This document shows positions 14,264 to 27,283 of a stretch of DNA of 64,000 bases, piece by piece. The DNA lies in NCBI GenBank assembly GCA_051294905.1, contig CM119371.1, positions 34,102,001 through 34,166,000 of the forward strand, given 5' to 3'. Under the pieces are notes generated by a model. That model was given only the letters and a program-made list of their open reading frames with translations. It did no database searches and was not told where the DNA came from. This DNA comes from Botryllus schlosseri (lineage: Eukaryota). Both the position numbers and the translations under genes were made by a program. Position 1 is the stretch's first letter. Every line of letters begins with the position of its first letter.

Positions 14264-16990
14264 GTTTAAAGCATAGTCCAAAACAACTTTGTTTTTCATA
14301 AAATCCAATTTGCAAAATGTAACTATAGTTTAGTGTAAATAACTGTTACCTAGAACTGGAACTAGTCTTGAAATATAACCACTGTAGTAAGTCATAAAAG
14401 TGAGCAAAACCTACTTGAGCACTCAGAATCGGTAGAAGTACTTTGTTACCGACAGCCGCTGGTCGCAAGCATACTTCCATCATCGTTCGATGTTTGATCA
14501 TCCCAATGAATCAGGAAAAGACAAACATACACGCGGATTTGGAATGTGAACAATGCCAAGTAGGCTGTAAATTCTGTCCACTATTATTGAAAGCAAAGAC
14601 CGTGCATGCCTACCGATTGTTACACTGCGATCGCTCGACATCGGAGTTTAATGAGAAAGTCTATGGGTGTACAAGGGGTGTACCAGGGGTGTCAAACTCA
14701 ACTTGCGTCATATTCAAACCTTCAGGTCGCTCGCGGGCCGCAAATGTCAAATGATTCCAAATGTTACCTCGAAGTCCATGGTCGGTTTTTCACTTAAGTA
14801 TACTTTATTATCGAGCATTATATTCTATTGTCGGTCAATAGGGGTTCAATTCTAGCAACACCGTTATTCACAAACAACGGAATTGGTACAAATGCGATGA
14901 TCGGCCGCTTTTATACAGTTACAAATCACTAAAAAAGCTGCTCTGATGGCGATATAAGTTGGCATGTTTCTATGCTGCCTTTGCTTTAGTCGTAATCTTA
15001 CGTCAGCCCTGCTAATGCGTTGACAGTAATACCTGAGACTAACCGTTAACGTGGACGTTGGAATTTGGTACCTTATCATTATATCGTGATAAGGGATTAT
15101 TTTCCCCACGTATATTTGAATTATATTTTTGTGGAACTATTGTATTCTCCATGCAACCTGCAACGGTGTGGCACTGGCGTTTTCGATGCTGCGAATAAAT
15201 AATTTTTTATGGTAACTTTTCTACCAAAACTCTGAATTCAGTGTGGAATTTTAGCCTTGTCAACACCACTGTCGGGTGTTTATAATGTGGCCTATGTACA
15301 TTGTACATGCTCGACATTGACTGTCTTGAGGGAATATTTAATTGAAATATTTCATACTAAAAATCTCAATGTTTGTTAGAAATGTGCTGGATAATACAAG
15401 CATTTTTCTATCAATTCAAAATTGTTTACAGTTTACAGTGGCACATCCCTACTCAATTCCAATTTGCTATGTCACCTTCTCGCCATATTGGTAGATCGTG
15501 TATATAGAAAGCAGATGTGGTCAGTAACGAACTAACTCTACTGTTGATACTTTTAAAACTACTTCCACTTCTATTTAAACATGTGTTTGAGCAAAACTAC
15601 TTACTTTTTGCAAGTTGGATTTTGTAAAGTAGAAAGTAGTTTTGGAATATGCTTTTATCACTTGGAAGAGCCCTGTATCACGATAATTGAATATATTTTC
15701 GGAAATTATACCTATTAGCAGTGTCATTGTTCATTTTGCGTTGGTCGCGAAGTTGCGCGCTGCAATTTTGAAAGTGGTCACCTCCGATAACTCTTGAAAG
15801 TATACGACACACCTACCAAATCAAAATTTTTTGACATTTCTTTGAAATAGCTATATAGTTCTACGTGCAATTGAGCAAATCATTCAGGTACTATCACAAT
15901 GCCTACAGCTATAAAGCACAAAGTAGAGCACCTCCTGAATCTGTGCTTATATTTCTGCTTGATTTTCCTATTCCTCAGATTTGTCATTCGTTCGTTGTAG
16001 TAACAATGGCCGTCGACACTCAATGAAAGAATGTCGTGTGATTCATGCACTTGGTGTATTATAGGGCGCGACCGCATTCATGATAATTCGTGAACATATT
16101 TATATATACTAAAATGCTTCCTAATATAGAGTCGAGAAAATCGTCAACTGAACAGAATACGACCACAAGAATGCGCGCTATCTATAAATTTATTGCTAAG
16201 TATACGTTGACTTCAACCAGCATGAGCGAATGTCAATGTTATTATGCTAGTGCTGTGACCATGACAAATAAACGCAAGCAAACGGTCGATGTTATATTGA
16301 ACCACGCATAGATTTGGGTAATAGTTGTCCCGACCTTGCTACGCATTGATCCGACCATGGGCGAAATGGTCCGCTCTATTATATTTTTGGCCATCGGGCA
16401 TATGGTATGGTTTATAATTTACCAATCAATACCGAAATAATTAGAATCCATACTGCTACAATTAACCAGCTACTTTTACGACAATGAAATAATTCAGTGT
16501 CAGTCTAGTCTACAATTTTCGTACCTCGACGTCAGTCGTGATACGACTATACAGGACCACTTGTGCCCGCGTTCTTATGCATCAAACCGTGTCTACATCA
16601 ACCTGACGGACAACAAACTGGTTCTTTGAGTAGACCTGGTTCTAGTTGCGGATTTTCAAAAGGGTTCTATTTTCGCTGTGACACAATATTTAGTTGCCGA
16701 AAAAGCTGTCCGTGTCCTCGTTTGGCGTGATTAGTGATGTTGGCGTTCTGTCGTGTGATTCATTGTGAGTCATTACTACTAAGAGTCTCGTAGCCAGGAT
16801 GTGAATTTTGGGGGCCGAGACCCCTCCTCTTTCATGCTAAAAATACCATCTCTCCGAAATGCCGAGTTTATCTCCAATATCTCTTGACTCATTTGCCACT
16901 CAGCAATTTGTATTTATCAGTGCTGCCTATGATCATACCTGCTGTGACGTCAGCGAGATTCATAGTTGGAGAGGCACTGACCCTTTAGAC

Positions 16991-18052
16991 CAGGGTGGGC
17001 AAACTACGGCCCGCGGGCCGCATGCGGCCCGCAACACCGTTCTGTGCGGCCCGTGAGAGTCTAAAGAAACTTATTAAAAAAATATTGATAAAAAGCGTAC
17101 TAAAAACCGAATTAATGCAGGGACGTGATTAAATTTTTTCTTCGTATATTTCACCATGATAATTCTAAGGCAGTGGTTCTCAAATTGGGGTGGGCGCGGT
17201 GTGAAAACATCTGAAGGGGGTCGCGAAGCTGCGCTCAACTGAATTTTTTTCGCGCTTCGCGCGATTTACATATAATTCATAGTTATTGCTCTGTATTTAG
17301 TCTGAGTTTCATATTTAAAAGTCTCTCATCCACAGTCGTAACCTTCCAAGCCATCAAACTATCGGCTATGTTTGCTAGCATCCGAGTATGTCACGTTTTG
17401 TGATATGACGATAAGTTGGGCGCGAAATCTTTCACCATCATAAGGGGGGCGTGTCTTAAAAAGAACAACTGTTCTAAGTTAAATACTTACTATATTATTT
17501 CTTATTTTAATTTCTGGCGCGACAGCCCGATCTCGAGGCCAACGAATTTTGAAGGGTTTCAACTGCTAAGCATCACAGAAATCCTAAACGACATTGACAT
17601 AATTCGGATCAGGACTCACGAGTGTGATTTCAGATTGGCCACTCCAGTTTTAATCATCTCAGTGATGTGCGTATAAAAATGATTCGCGCGTGTCTTAATT
17701 AGGTAGATTCGTTCTCTGTATGCGTAGAATTAGGGTATTTATATTTTATCTACACATATAGTAGAAGCGTGTTTGAAGCTACCATGGTTATGATGCTGTC
17801 AGCATTGTGTGGCCTGGAACTGAACCGTGCCAGCCTATGAAATCCAGCCACTATTTCTGACGTGTGTACGATATCATCAAAGCAATCTTTGGTTTGTTTT
17901 AAATATGCATATATATTATCTTCATGTCCTCACTATATAATTAAACACCAATAATGCGTGTTGGTTTATAATCTCAATTTTATATAGTGCGGCCCGCGAA
18001 TGGATTCAGATGTTGAATGCGGCCCACGAGCTCAAAAGTTTGCCCACCCCTG
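16991..18052. mobile_element. Composite Buster/Charlie-type MITE, copy B
   Basis: Termini cagggtgggcaaact / agtttgcccacccctg; perfect TSD ctttagac; inner MITE at the same ttctaag site as in copy A. Confidence 0.9.
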
Positions 18053-18998
18053 CTTTAGACTCTTACAGTCAGACTTACATATATATATACCGAAAATGGT
18101 AGCTGATAGTATTAGTTGTATAAAAAATCGAAAAACGTTGCAAAAATTGCATGAAAAATCGATAAAGTTGCCAAAAGTTGCATGAAAAAATGAACAAAAG
18201 TTGCAATATAAGACTCCTCCAAACACCTTAAAGTACAATACCACATAACTTCTGAGTATTAAGGAAGCTGCCGAAAGTTGCAAAAAAAAAAAAAACGTTG
18301 CAAAAGTTGCAAGAACTTGTCCTACTTGTTATGAAAGACTTTATATTATGCAAATACATTTTCCAAGTTAATGATGACATGCACTGTAATTTATTCCATA
18401 CAATGTTTTTGTTGTCCATTATGATTGATTTTGCATCGATCTTGGTTCGTACCGTTGTTAATCGTATTTCATTCTTGAAATGTATGCGATTTTTAGTATT
18501 CATTATTTCTCTACATACACACGATTCGGGTCCTGAAATTTCAATTCTGAATTGGCAGATGTTGCATTCTTCAAGTGTATGCATTTATTTTTGTCGTTTA
18601 TCGATACTTGAAATAACATGATTTCGGTCCAGGAAATAATTCAATTCTGTATTAAAAGGCATATAATATTTGGTGGAATGATCAGGGAAAGGCGACTTTT
18701 TAGCACAGGGGTACGAATGTCAGCAGTTAACCGGAGATGATCACTTTTGAAATTGCGGATTGCATCTTTGTGACTACTGCAGAATGACCAATGACACTAC
18801 AAATGGGTGTAAATATTCAAAATCCAAAGTGCAAAAAGTATGTTGGAATGGAATCGGGTTGTGCCACTCACAATCGTGCTTGAACGACCCCGACTATGTA
18901 AATATACGCCCGGTTGGGCGTCATCGTCACACGGCTACCGTATGGTGATCGCGCTAATCGCGAGTCTTGAATGTGTGAATTCGATCTTGCGATACCTG

Positions 18999-19042
18999 AG
19001 GAATCCCCTATTGAGATTTATGCAAACCCAAATGTATAAATA
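18999..19042 (+). promoter_or_regulatory. Putative core promoter of E2 copy 1: kappaB-like site plus TATA box
   Basis: AGGAATCCCC (reverse complement GGGGATTCCT) at 18999-19008; TATAAATA at 19035-19042; the TATA-to-ATG segment is conserved with copy 4. Confidence 0.5.
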
Positions 19043-19084
19043 CCACGTGAACGTCGTCGAGCGATTCAATAGTAGTGAACAAGT

Positions 19085-19705
19085 ATGCCTGACAAGGAAA
19101 TGGCTATGAAAAGGCTGCAGTACGAGTATAAGAAATTTTTGCAAGAGCCCGACAACCTTCCTATTAGAGCGGGGCCGATCGAAGAGTCGGACATGTATCA
19201 TTGGTGGGCAACGATAGAAGGACCTCCCGGAACACCTTTCGAGGGAGGGGTGTTTCGAATTCTCATCGAATACCCAACAGAATATCCGTTCAAGCCTCCG
19301 AAAATGCGATTCGAAACGAAGATTTTCCATCCTAATATCTGCGGATGGGGTACGGTATCCGTAGATATTCTACAATCGCAATGGTCGCCTGTCCTTACGA
19401 CGTCTAAAGTGCTTTTAACGATATATTCCCTGCTTTCTTCCCCCAATATCGATTACCCTGCAGATGCAGATAGTGCAAATATGTACCGACAGAACCCGAT
19501 TAAATATTCAAAGAAGGCCAAGCGCTGGACGAAGAGGTACGCTATCAGCAACTTTCAACCGCTCAGAGAAAAGCCTGGCATCGGGTATGCGCAAAGCGAA
19601 ATCATAACTGATCAACCTGAGCCCGTCAGCTTATTTTGCGTCCCCGTCGAATATTTAACACCTGTCTTAGAAATGGGTTGGCGCATTTTGTCGCTGTTGT
19701 TTTGA
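19085..19705 (+). CDS. Intronless UBE2D/Ubc4-like E2 (copy 1); catalytic Cys replaced by Ser; about 50-aa C-terminal extension
   Basis: 206-aa ORF with E2 motifs GPPGTPFEGGVF, YPFKPPK, FHPNI, WSP, WTKRYA; GTVSVDIL where UBE2D has GSICLDIL; AATAAA at 19747. Confidence 0.9.
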   Translation: MPDKEMAMKRLQYEYKKFLQEPDNLPIRAGPIEESDMYHWWATIEGPPGTPFEGGVFRILIEYPTEYPFKPPKMRFETKIFHPNICGWGTVSVDILQSQWSPVLTTSKVLLTIYSLLSSPNIDYPADADSANMYRQNPIKYSKKAKRWTKRYAISNFQPLREKPGIGYAQSEIITDQPEPVSLFCVPVEYLTPVLEMGWRILSLLF

Positions 19706-20641
19706 AACAACGATTGGGACGATAGTCTACGACATCCTTGATGTTCAATAAAAGCGATTTAGGCTTTACAACCACGACCGAATATATTTCTCCACCTACT
19801 GACATATCTCATTTGATTTCATTCGCTTATCTATTTTATGCTATCGCAATGCTTCTCATTCACTGTACGTCCATCTTATTTTACATGTTCCAGTATTAAC
19901 ATTCATCGTATTGGTCAAGGTGGATCTTCAAATAAAAGACGTTATAAATATTCGCAATTCAGCGTACATATTACTATTGTTTATTAATATACGTTGGCCA
20001 GTGGGTTCAGGCCAATATTCTTAGCTTGATGGACGCCGAGAGCCGCAGCATATTACAATAGTGGTGTTTAATTCTCTGTCAGAGGGCATTATATGATTAG
20101 ATTACTGGTTCTCAAAGTTTGTTTGATATTGTTTGTTTTTGATATTGAAAAATTTCGCTTCCCCCTTATCGTGATATCACGAAATATATCAAAGAGAGCA
20201 GTCAGTATTCAAGCAATCACGACGGATAGTTTGATAGTATTGAAGTTTATGGCTGTTGATGAGAAAATTCTGAAATATGAAATTCGGACAATGGACAGAG
20301 CAACGACTATGAGATCGAAGTAAATCGCGCCCATCGCGAACAAAATACAGTTAACTTCGATTCCCGGCCCCTTCAGATGCTTCCCCCAGTTTTAGAACCA
20401 CTGGATTGTATGATAGTGTCTGATTGGAACATGAGTGGTCTGAGATCTGATTCCGTACACATCGTCAAAATGAACATTGTCGGCGACAGTGAATCATCGA
20501 TGCGCGAAAAAAAATCAAATTGTTAAGATTCAATTAAAAACGACTAGATATATTGTACCATAGTGACGGGATATCGTGTGTTCGTACCATGAATCGACTG
20601 CGATCATCAACAATACCAAAAGTTTATGAATTAGTCTACAC

Positions 20642-20943
20642 CAGTGGTTCCCAACGTGGGCGATATCGCCCCCCAGGGGGCGATTTGGCGTTCTAGGGGG
20701 CCGAAAATGACGAATAGGGCGATAGGGGGGCGAAAATGGACAAAGGGTGCGACGGGGGGCAATAATAGCGAATGGGGCGACAAGGGGGCGATGACGCGTC
20801 AACACAGCTGACCTTTTTTTTTAGTCAACCCGCCGGTGATTACAGATTGTATGCCCAATTTTCGGTACACAAAATTTGGGGAGCGATGATCGGCGTTGAG
20901 CTTGAAAAGGGGGCGATGGGTCGAAAAAGGTTGGGAACCACTG
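20642..20943. mobile_element. hAT MITE with ggggcga repeats
   Basis: Termini cagtggttcccaac / gttgggaaccactg; TSD gtctacac/gtctacag. Confidence 0.88.
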
Positions 20944-21137
20944 GTCTACAGGGTAAATATACGATCTCCCATTCCACCTATCACATTACTCGCTGTATTG
21001 TCTCCAAAGCCTCCAAACCCAATGTAATTTGTAATTTCCAGTAAACGGCATAACGAAACTGATACAAATACATAACATAGAGACGAACGCTGGTGGTAGT
21101 ATGATGCCATATCATCATATGATGCAATAGTTACGAC

Positions 21138-21551
21138 CAGGGTTGCATTTAAAACAAAAATCAATTTAAAACAAAAACATGCTTAAAACAAGTCCGTAAT
21201 TTAAAACATGTTTTTTATTGTTTTTTTAAAGCCATTACGTCACGAATATTCAATTGTGACGTTACAATGGAATGACATTGTCTATTGAAAATATAGGGTA
21301 AATATAGCTCCCTTGATGAAATATCTGTACTATTAATGTTGTACCGAGTATTTGTAGGGTTGCAACCATCCCATATCGATATATGTCGGCTATATTGGGT
21401 GTTAATAATCCGTAGGCTCATACACCATGTTTTTTGGAAAGTAGGCCTATTTACAGAATTATGGCATAATTTTAAACCTTCAAACACATTTTTTTAAAAA
21501 GGCCTTTTTTAAAAGTGTTTTAAAACACCGTTTGTTTTAAATGCAACCCTA
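21138..21551. mobile_element. hAT (Ac-type) MITE
   Basis: Termini cagggttgcatttaaaaca / tgttttaaatgcaacccta; perfect TSD gttacgac. Confidence 0.9.
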
Positions 21552-21914
21552 GTTACGACATATAATAGCTTGTCTGGTATACATACATGTAGCATAATCA
21601 AACGCAATGAAAATAATTGCATGTGCATGTAATTGGAAAGCGACTGGCATGTATTTTGAACTATAGAGTCCACCTTCTCCACAACTACGCAATGTATCTC
21701 TGAACACACTGTCTGTTGATTTCATTTGTTTTACGTGTTTGCTGCCATACCCATGGCACACCTTTCTTGTGAGTGAGATCGTTGATATTTTCAAAGCACA
21801 ACAGAAACAGTACGGGTCACTTAGCACTTACGCAACTTGAACAACACTATCGCTTGATTTACTATTATACAATTAGAAAAACAAGACAATAGAATAGTCA
21901 CGACTCACGAGTGT

Positions 21915-22354
21915 ACCAGAGCTGCAACACCAATGGCTTACGACGTCGATTCCAACCGAGGTCAACTCCAGAAATAATAGCTGCGTAAGTGTCGAGAGCT
22001 CAAATGTCACACTCGGGTGTTCTGAAGCTTTTTCAGTACTGAATTTACACGCCTCTTGCGATTGCGAATTATATTCTCAAAGGAAAATTATCGTTCGATA
22101 CTTCCTACACATCACATCATCCAAAACACGAGGTTCGGGCTATGCATTGTCACGGCGTTAACGCTATTTTTATGCCCATACGAAATTATTTCTGATCAAG
22201 TTCAACGGGTGATTATTTTTTGTGAAATGAAAGGTCGCCCATATCTCCATTTCTCCATGTGCATGACGTCATAATTGGTGATACTCGCAAAGTCGACTTG
22301 ACTCAAAGTTTAATACTCCACTCGGTATCGAATCATCTACGATTACATGTATAG
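21915..22354 (+). repeat. About 440-bp repeat (SINE-head fragment joined to MITE-like sequence) with an inverted copy at 40422-40862
   Basis: High reverse-complement identity over the full length by eye. Confidence 0.85.
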
Positions 22355-22859
22355 CCCACTCGATTTTGCGCAACCCATAGGGTTCTACACCGTAACGCCA
22401 GAGTAATTTTATAGTGACTGACAGAAATGAGGTTTATTTCTGAAAATGAGAGAATATATATCCCTGAAATGGCGACCAGTGATATACTACCGGTAGGTCA
22501 TCAGGTCATCCGGTGGATTATACAGTCATCATATTCAATAGGCCAGTGGTTCACAATATTAGTGTGATGATTGGACTGCTTAGGGGTGGCGCGAGATAGT
22601 GTAGTAAACAAGGTCGCTGTATAACTAAAATTAATGAATCCCTATTCTGAAGCGTGGTATAATCGGCGGTTTTATTATTTGTACCATCTCAAGACTACTC
22701 ACAATGTACAATGCCATGCAATGAACTCGGCCTTCAGCCTAATGCCAATGTTCGATCTTTATCTTTCATTTTGGGCTTCCTCGCTCATTTCATCATCTTC
22801 CTTGGATTGATCATTGGTCTGGTATTTCTGTGGACTTCATATTGTGAAGTCGCTGTAAG

Positions 22860-22985
22860 AACCGCGACGTAGGAGGGGGATCTCAGAAAAACCCCGGCGC
22901 TACGGAACTTCCTACCTACTATACTTAGAATCGAACCGGGGTCTTCACCGTCAATGGTGGTGGTGCGCGAACTCGCCCACATATA
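22860..22985 (-). mobile_element. Degenerate tRNA-derived SINE head
   Basis: The minus strand has a B-box-like ccccggttcgattct. Confidence 0.35.
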
Positions 22986-23429
22986 TAGTAGCATTTTGGA
23001 TGGGGATAATTAAAAAAGGTCACTCTGGCAATTGGACCGTTGTGTTGAGGTCTGGTCGAAGGTTTCAACCTATAGTCACTCCCATCAGAAGAACCGAGGG
23101 ATGTGCAGTGACATGAGGCAAGTTGGTGGCCTTTTTCTGTTTCTTCTTTCAGTCAGCACCTTGTCAAATCTTCGACATCTGTGGTCATTCTCAGGTTTGT
23201 GGAGTCGGAGTCGGTGGAGTCGGAGTCGGAGTCGTGAAAACTATAATGGATGGAGTCGGAGTCGTGGAAAAAATACTGACTGGAGTCGGAGTCGGAGTTT
23301 GTGAAAATGACCCTGACTTCGACTCCGACTCCGACTCCAACTTCTCTATCATGAAAACATTTGCTTTCAAAGGATTTTCAATCGAATTTTTATGTACCAC
23401 CAATCACTGGTATTAATAACCATACAGAT

Positions 23430-25642
23430 CAGGTGCGGCCAGCCCGTGGCACGCAGGCCAACTTTGGCACACGAGAAGGTTTGGTGTGGCCTGCGAGGCA
23501 GACTTGTACAAACTAAACATTTAGTTAGTTGACGGTCAACTAACTAACAGTTTTTCGAGTAGTTCTAGTTCTAGTTGTAGTTGCAGATTTTGAAAATTGC
23601 GTAGTTCTAGTTCTAGTTGTAGTTGCGGATTTTGAAAATTGCGTAGTTCTAGTTCTAGTTGTAGTTGCAGATTTTGAAAATTCAGTAGTTCTAATTATAG
23701 TTATAGTTGCGCATTTCAAAAAAATATTAGTTGCCGAACAACTAGAAAACACTCATGTGTCCTGCGTGATGAGAACTCTCCTCGCGTGACAAGTGAGGTT
23801 ACTGATGTGATCATGACAAAGGATCAAATGCTCATTGTTGGATCATAGTTAATACATTGATTATGCCGAGTTCACTGAGAACTCGGCAAATTTACCACAA
23901 TCGACAGTCCGCAGCGACACGCGATCTCCCGCTGAGGTTGTTTACTAATTGGAATGTGATCTACTGCTTTGCGCTGACGAGTATTATCTCGGAACTAAGC
24001 TGTCGCGTCTGTTAAACTAACGAGATTTGATTCGTGATGATGATGCCGACCACGTCTGCCCAGGCACAAAGAGAAGACGATCTGGATTCGCCGAAGGTAT
24101 CTTTACAAAGGAAATTGCATAAATTGCCTGGTTCGTCTTCTACTGGCTCTCCAATGCACAAGAAACCGAGACTCTCACTCTTCAACTTTCTACCTCAAAG
24201 TCAGTGTCGTCCGCTTGAAGTTAAATCAGGCCCGTCTAAGGTGAAAAAGTATGCCAGGGAACAGCGACTACCCTTGGGTCAGAATGTGCTAAACTGTTAG
24301 CGGAATATGACCGACTTGCCAGAATTACCAAACTTGGCGAAAGATTTTCTTGGATGACTGCGACATCTGCGCCCAGTGAAAGGGCTTTCTCGCATGCTGG
24401 GATTTTGTATTCCCCAAAGAGAGCAAAACTCAACGAAAAAACGTTTTCGCGACTCATGTTGATTCGCTGCAATCATGCAGCAACAGCTGCAGAAAATGGT
24501 TTAGTTTATCCTGCACTGAATACAGAATAGGTCTGTCTGTCTGATTTGTCAGTAATTTCGCTGTACCGACGCTCATGTGGAAGGCTGGAACGCCGAATTC
24601 GATTAAAATAAAAATGAATGAGTTGATTGAGAATTAAATTTAGTTAGTTGTGTTTTAGTTAGTTAGTTGCCGATATTTAGATTTCGTTAGTTCTAGTTAT
24701 AGTTCTAGTTGCGAGTTTTGAAAATTGAGTAGTTCTAGTTCTAGTTCTAGTTGCAGGATTTGAAAAATGGGTAGTTCTAGTTCTAGTTATAGTTGCGAGT
24801 CTTAAAAATTGAGTAGTTTTAGTTCTAGTTCTATTTGCGCTTTTTGAAAATTCAGTAGTTTGTACAAGTCTGCTGCGAGGTAATTTTCGAAATCATTTAT
24901 AACATCAGGCACAATTGCAAGGTCAACCAAAATTTGATTAGCATGACCGCGAATTTTGATGATGACTGAAACAACAGTTCTGACGCATTGACGTATCCAG
25001 GGGCCAGCCACATTTATCCCAGATCTTCGTATATGACCATAAATTGGAATATTGCATAACAGATTTATTTGACTTGAAATTTTTCTCGGTACTTCGCATG
25101 ATTCATTGTCACTAGATTTCTTGCATTCAGTATTGGAGCCCCCTTCTGAAAATTATAAATACATGCTATTCACAGAATTGAGTCTAACTATATTTGCAAT
25201 TAGGAGATAACGTGTCGTCCAACATGCGGCCTCGCTTGTGCACTCGCGGCGAGATCGTCGACGACGAAACATTTGCACAAAATGAAAGAGGCATGTTCAC
25301 CGATACCGTCGATTTTGCTGTGTCTAAACGTCGAATAATCCTGTCCTTGCCAAATGAGCCCAGTAGTATACAGATACGACCCCCAATGTATGTTAGCAAC
25401 ATATTTATTGATATAATTCAGTCATTATCTTGCAAAAAAATTTCGCGCTTCACGCGACCAGGGCCTGATTGCACACTGCACAGTTGCATGACATATTGTT
25501 ATCAATTTTAGAGCGTATTAATATAAGTCTTGTTTGCATTGTTACCTAATTCGGTTCGCTCCTATCGGACGAATAGAAAAAGGTTATCAACATTCCAGTA
25601 AATCTCATGTGTCCCTTTGGCCGAAAAAGTTGCCCACCCCTA
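23430..25642. mobile_element. Buster/Charlie-type MITE (family of 4269-4966) nested in 23192-26569
   Basis: Termini caggtgcggccagcc / agttgcccaccccta; its interior resumes after 24880 with sequence matching 4320-4460; TSD degenerate. Confidence 0.7.
23499..24872 (+). mobile_element. Internally deleted hAT (Ac/ZBED1-type) element retaining the transposase C-terminal dimerisation domain
   Basis: 17-bp perfect TIR cagacttgtacaaacta; TSD ctgcgagg; (TAGTTC)n arrays; about 24240-24480 translates, with lesions, to ...LAKDFL..TATSAPSERAFSHAGILYSPKRAKLNEKTFSRLMLIRCN. Confidence 0.9.
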
Positions 25643-26577
25643 TTATCGATAAAATTAGACATTACTTGCAAATTACAACTCAGTTGCAGAGGGGAAGAAA
25701 ATCGTAATATGCGTTTTCGCGATGCGATCAAATTGATGCAATTTTTGGAATTATACCATGATACTGTGACAGAGCAAATGCATCGGCTGGTTTTGTAAAA
25801 TTGTATAAATGATGTAAATATAACCAAACGATGCTTCCCACTTGACAAAACTAAAACTATTTGTAGTATAGCTTAGCTGTTTGGGTCGAACAAATGATTA
25901 AGAAATACTGCAAGTCCCAATCCTTGTATACTTGACTAATTACATGTAGACTAGACATAGGCTATGGTCTTTGACTACTTAACTAAATTCCATTTATGAC
26001 CAATGTTTGTTAGTAGTAAGAGTGTGTGTGCTTGTAATCAGTATAGTGTGCAATGACAAAATTAGTAAGTTCAATCTCTGTATTAGTTGCTGACTCATAC
26101 ATAAGAGCTACACTTGGATTTTTTTATCTACATTTTTATTATACAGGATTGGATATATGCCATATTTGAATGATTCATACATTTCAGGATTTAGAGAGTC
26201 CATGTTATAAAAACTTGAAAAAGGAAGGATATTTAGCAAATCTTTCTTTCATGTTAATTGCATAGTGGATAATTCGAGCTGAGCAACAATGAAACAATTT
26301 TGCATGCCATCGTTAATCATATGTTTGCATGTGTCTAATGGTTGTATGATAGTCATTTAACCGACAGTGTGGCATATAATTTTCGAAGTAAATTGGTAAT
26401 ACTGTTGGAGTCGGAGTCGGAGTCGGTACGTTTAAAGACCCAGGAGTCGGAGTCGGAGTCGGTACGTTAAAAGACTCAGAAGTCGGAGTCGGAGTCGGTA
26501 TATTGAAAATGTGTGGAGTCGGAGTCGGAGCCGGAGTCGGTGGTAAAATTTACCGACTCCACAGCCCTGGTCATTCT

Positions 26578-26810
26578 ACACCAGACCGATATTGCTTATA
26601 ATGATTCTCGTTATAGCACGGTCCACTTTTATCCAGACATTTTGTAGGACACCGGTTAAGCAGATCGGATGGCGAGGAGGAACCTAAATAAACCGACAAC
26701 ACTTAGGAACGGATTTTAGACTCGACCTTAGTCGGACTCGAACTAACGACCCATTTGTGTTGCAGGCTTGCAGCGATGCAACGTACCATTACTCAGGGCA
26801 CTCGAAGTGC
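26578..26810 (-). mobile_element. tRNA-derived SINE (family of 52947-53224), with its 3' part at about 23110-23183
   Basis: The reverse complement matches the SINE head (gttcgagtccg) and body; split by the 23192-26569 insertion. Confidence 0.65.
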
Positions 26811-27283
26811 AATAGCGTGTTGCGAACTATTCTTCCCATTGAGAGGGTGTCTAAAAAGTTGAAAATCACTGATAATGGCTTATATATGTTATAGCTACAA
26901 ATAAATACAGTTAAAAATATAATGCAATACTTCACATCCAGTGTGCATGCCGCCTATTTGCATGCCTTATGTCAAGGGTAGACAACTCAAATTGGGTCGC
27001 GAGTCACTTTTCAAATGTCGTAGAAGCCGTGGGCTACAAGAATGCAATATCGAAACGAAATAGGCCACACAGGTGACCAACCATGTTTTAAAACTTTACT
27101 TCAGTACGACGCTGAGCTCTAACATGGGTGATAGGCATAGTTACCACAAAAGTATTAATCTTTTATTAAATAAGTCAAATACAATATAAATACCTGACAA
27201 CAAATTTCAGGGACTACGGAATCGATATTGGGGCTAGGGAGACACGTTACTAGCTGAAAGATAGGGTTAACGTCCTTCTAGGA

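Larger units (their letters stand above)
23192..26569. mobile_element. hAT element with (GGAGTC)n subterminal arrays, inserted in a SINE and hosting two nested elements
   Basis: Termini caggtttgtggagtcgg / ccgactccacagccctg; perfect TSD gtcattct. Confidence 0.9.

Noticed and set aside
18120..18320. aaagttgc repeats upstream of E2 copy 1 as an enhancer array
   Set aside because: Low-complexity and more like transposon subterminal repeats; absent at the other E2 copies.
18935..19446. Antisense ORFs over the E2 genes (also 35008, 39189, 55323)
   Set aside because: Shadow frames of the E2 coding sequence.
23032..23752. ORFs rich in GV, SR, TP or TR dipeptides
   Set aside because: They are translations of (GGAGTC)n and (TAGTTC)n subterminal arrays of transposons.
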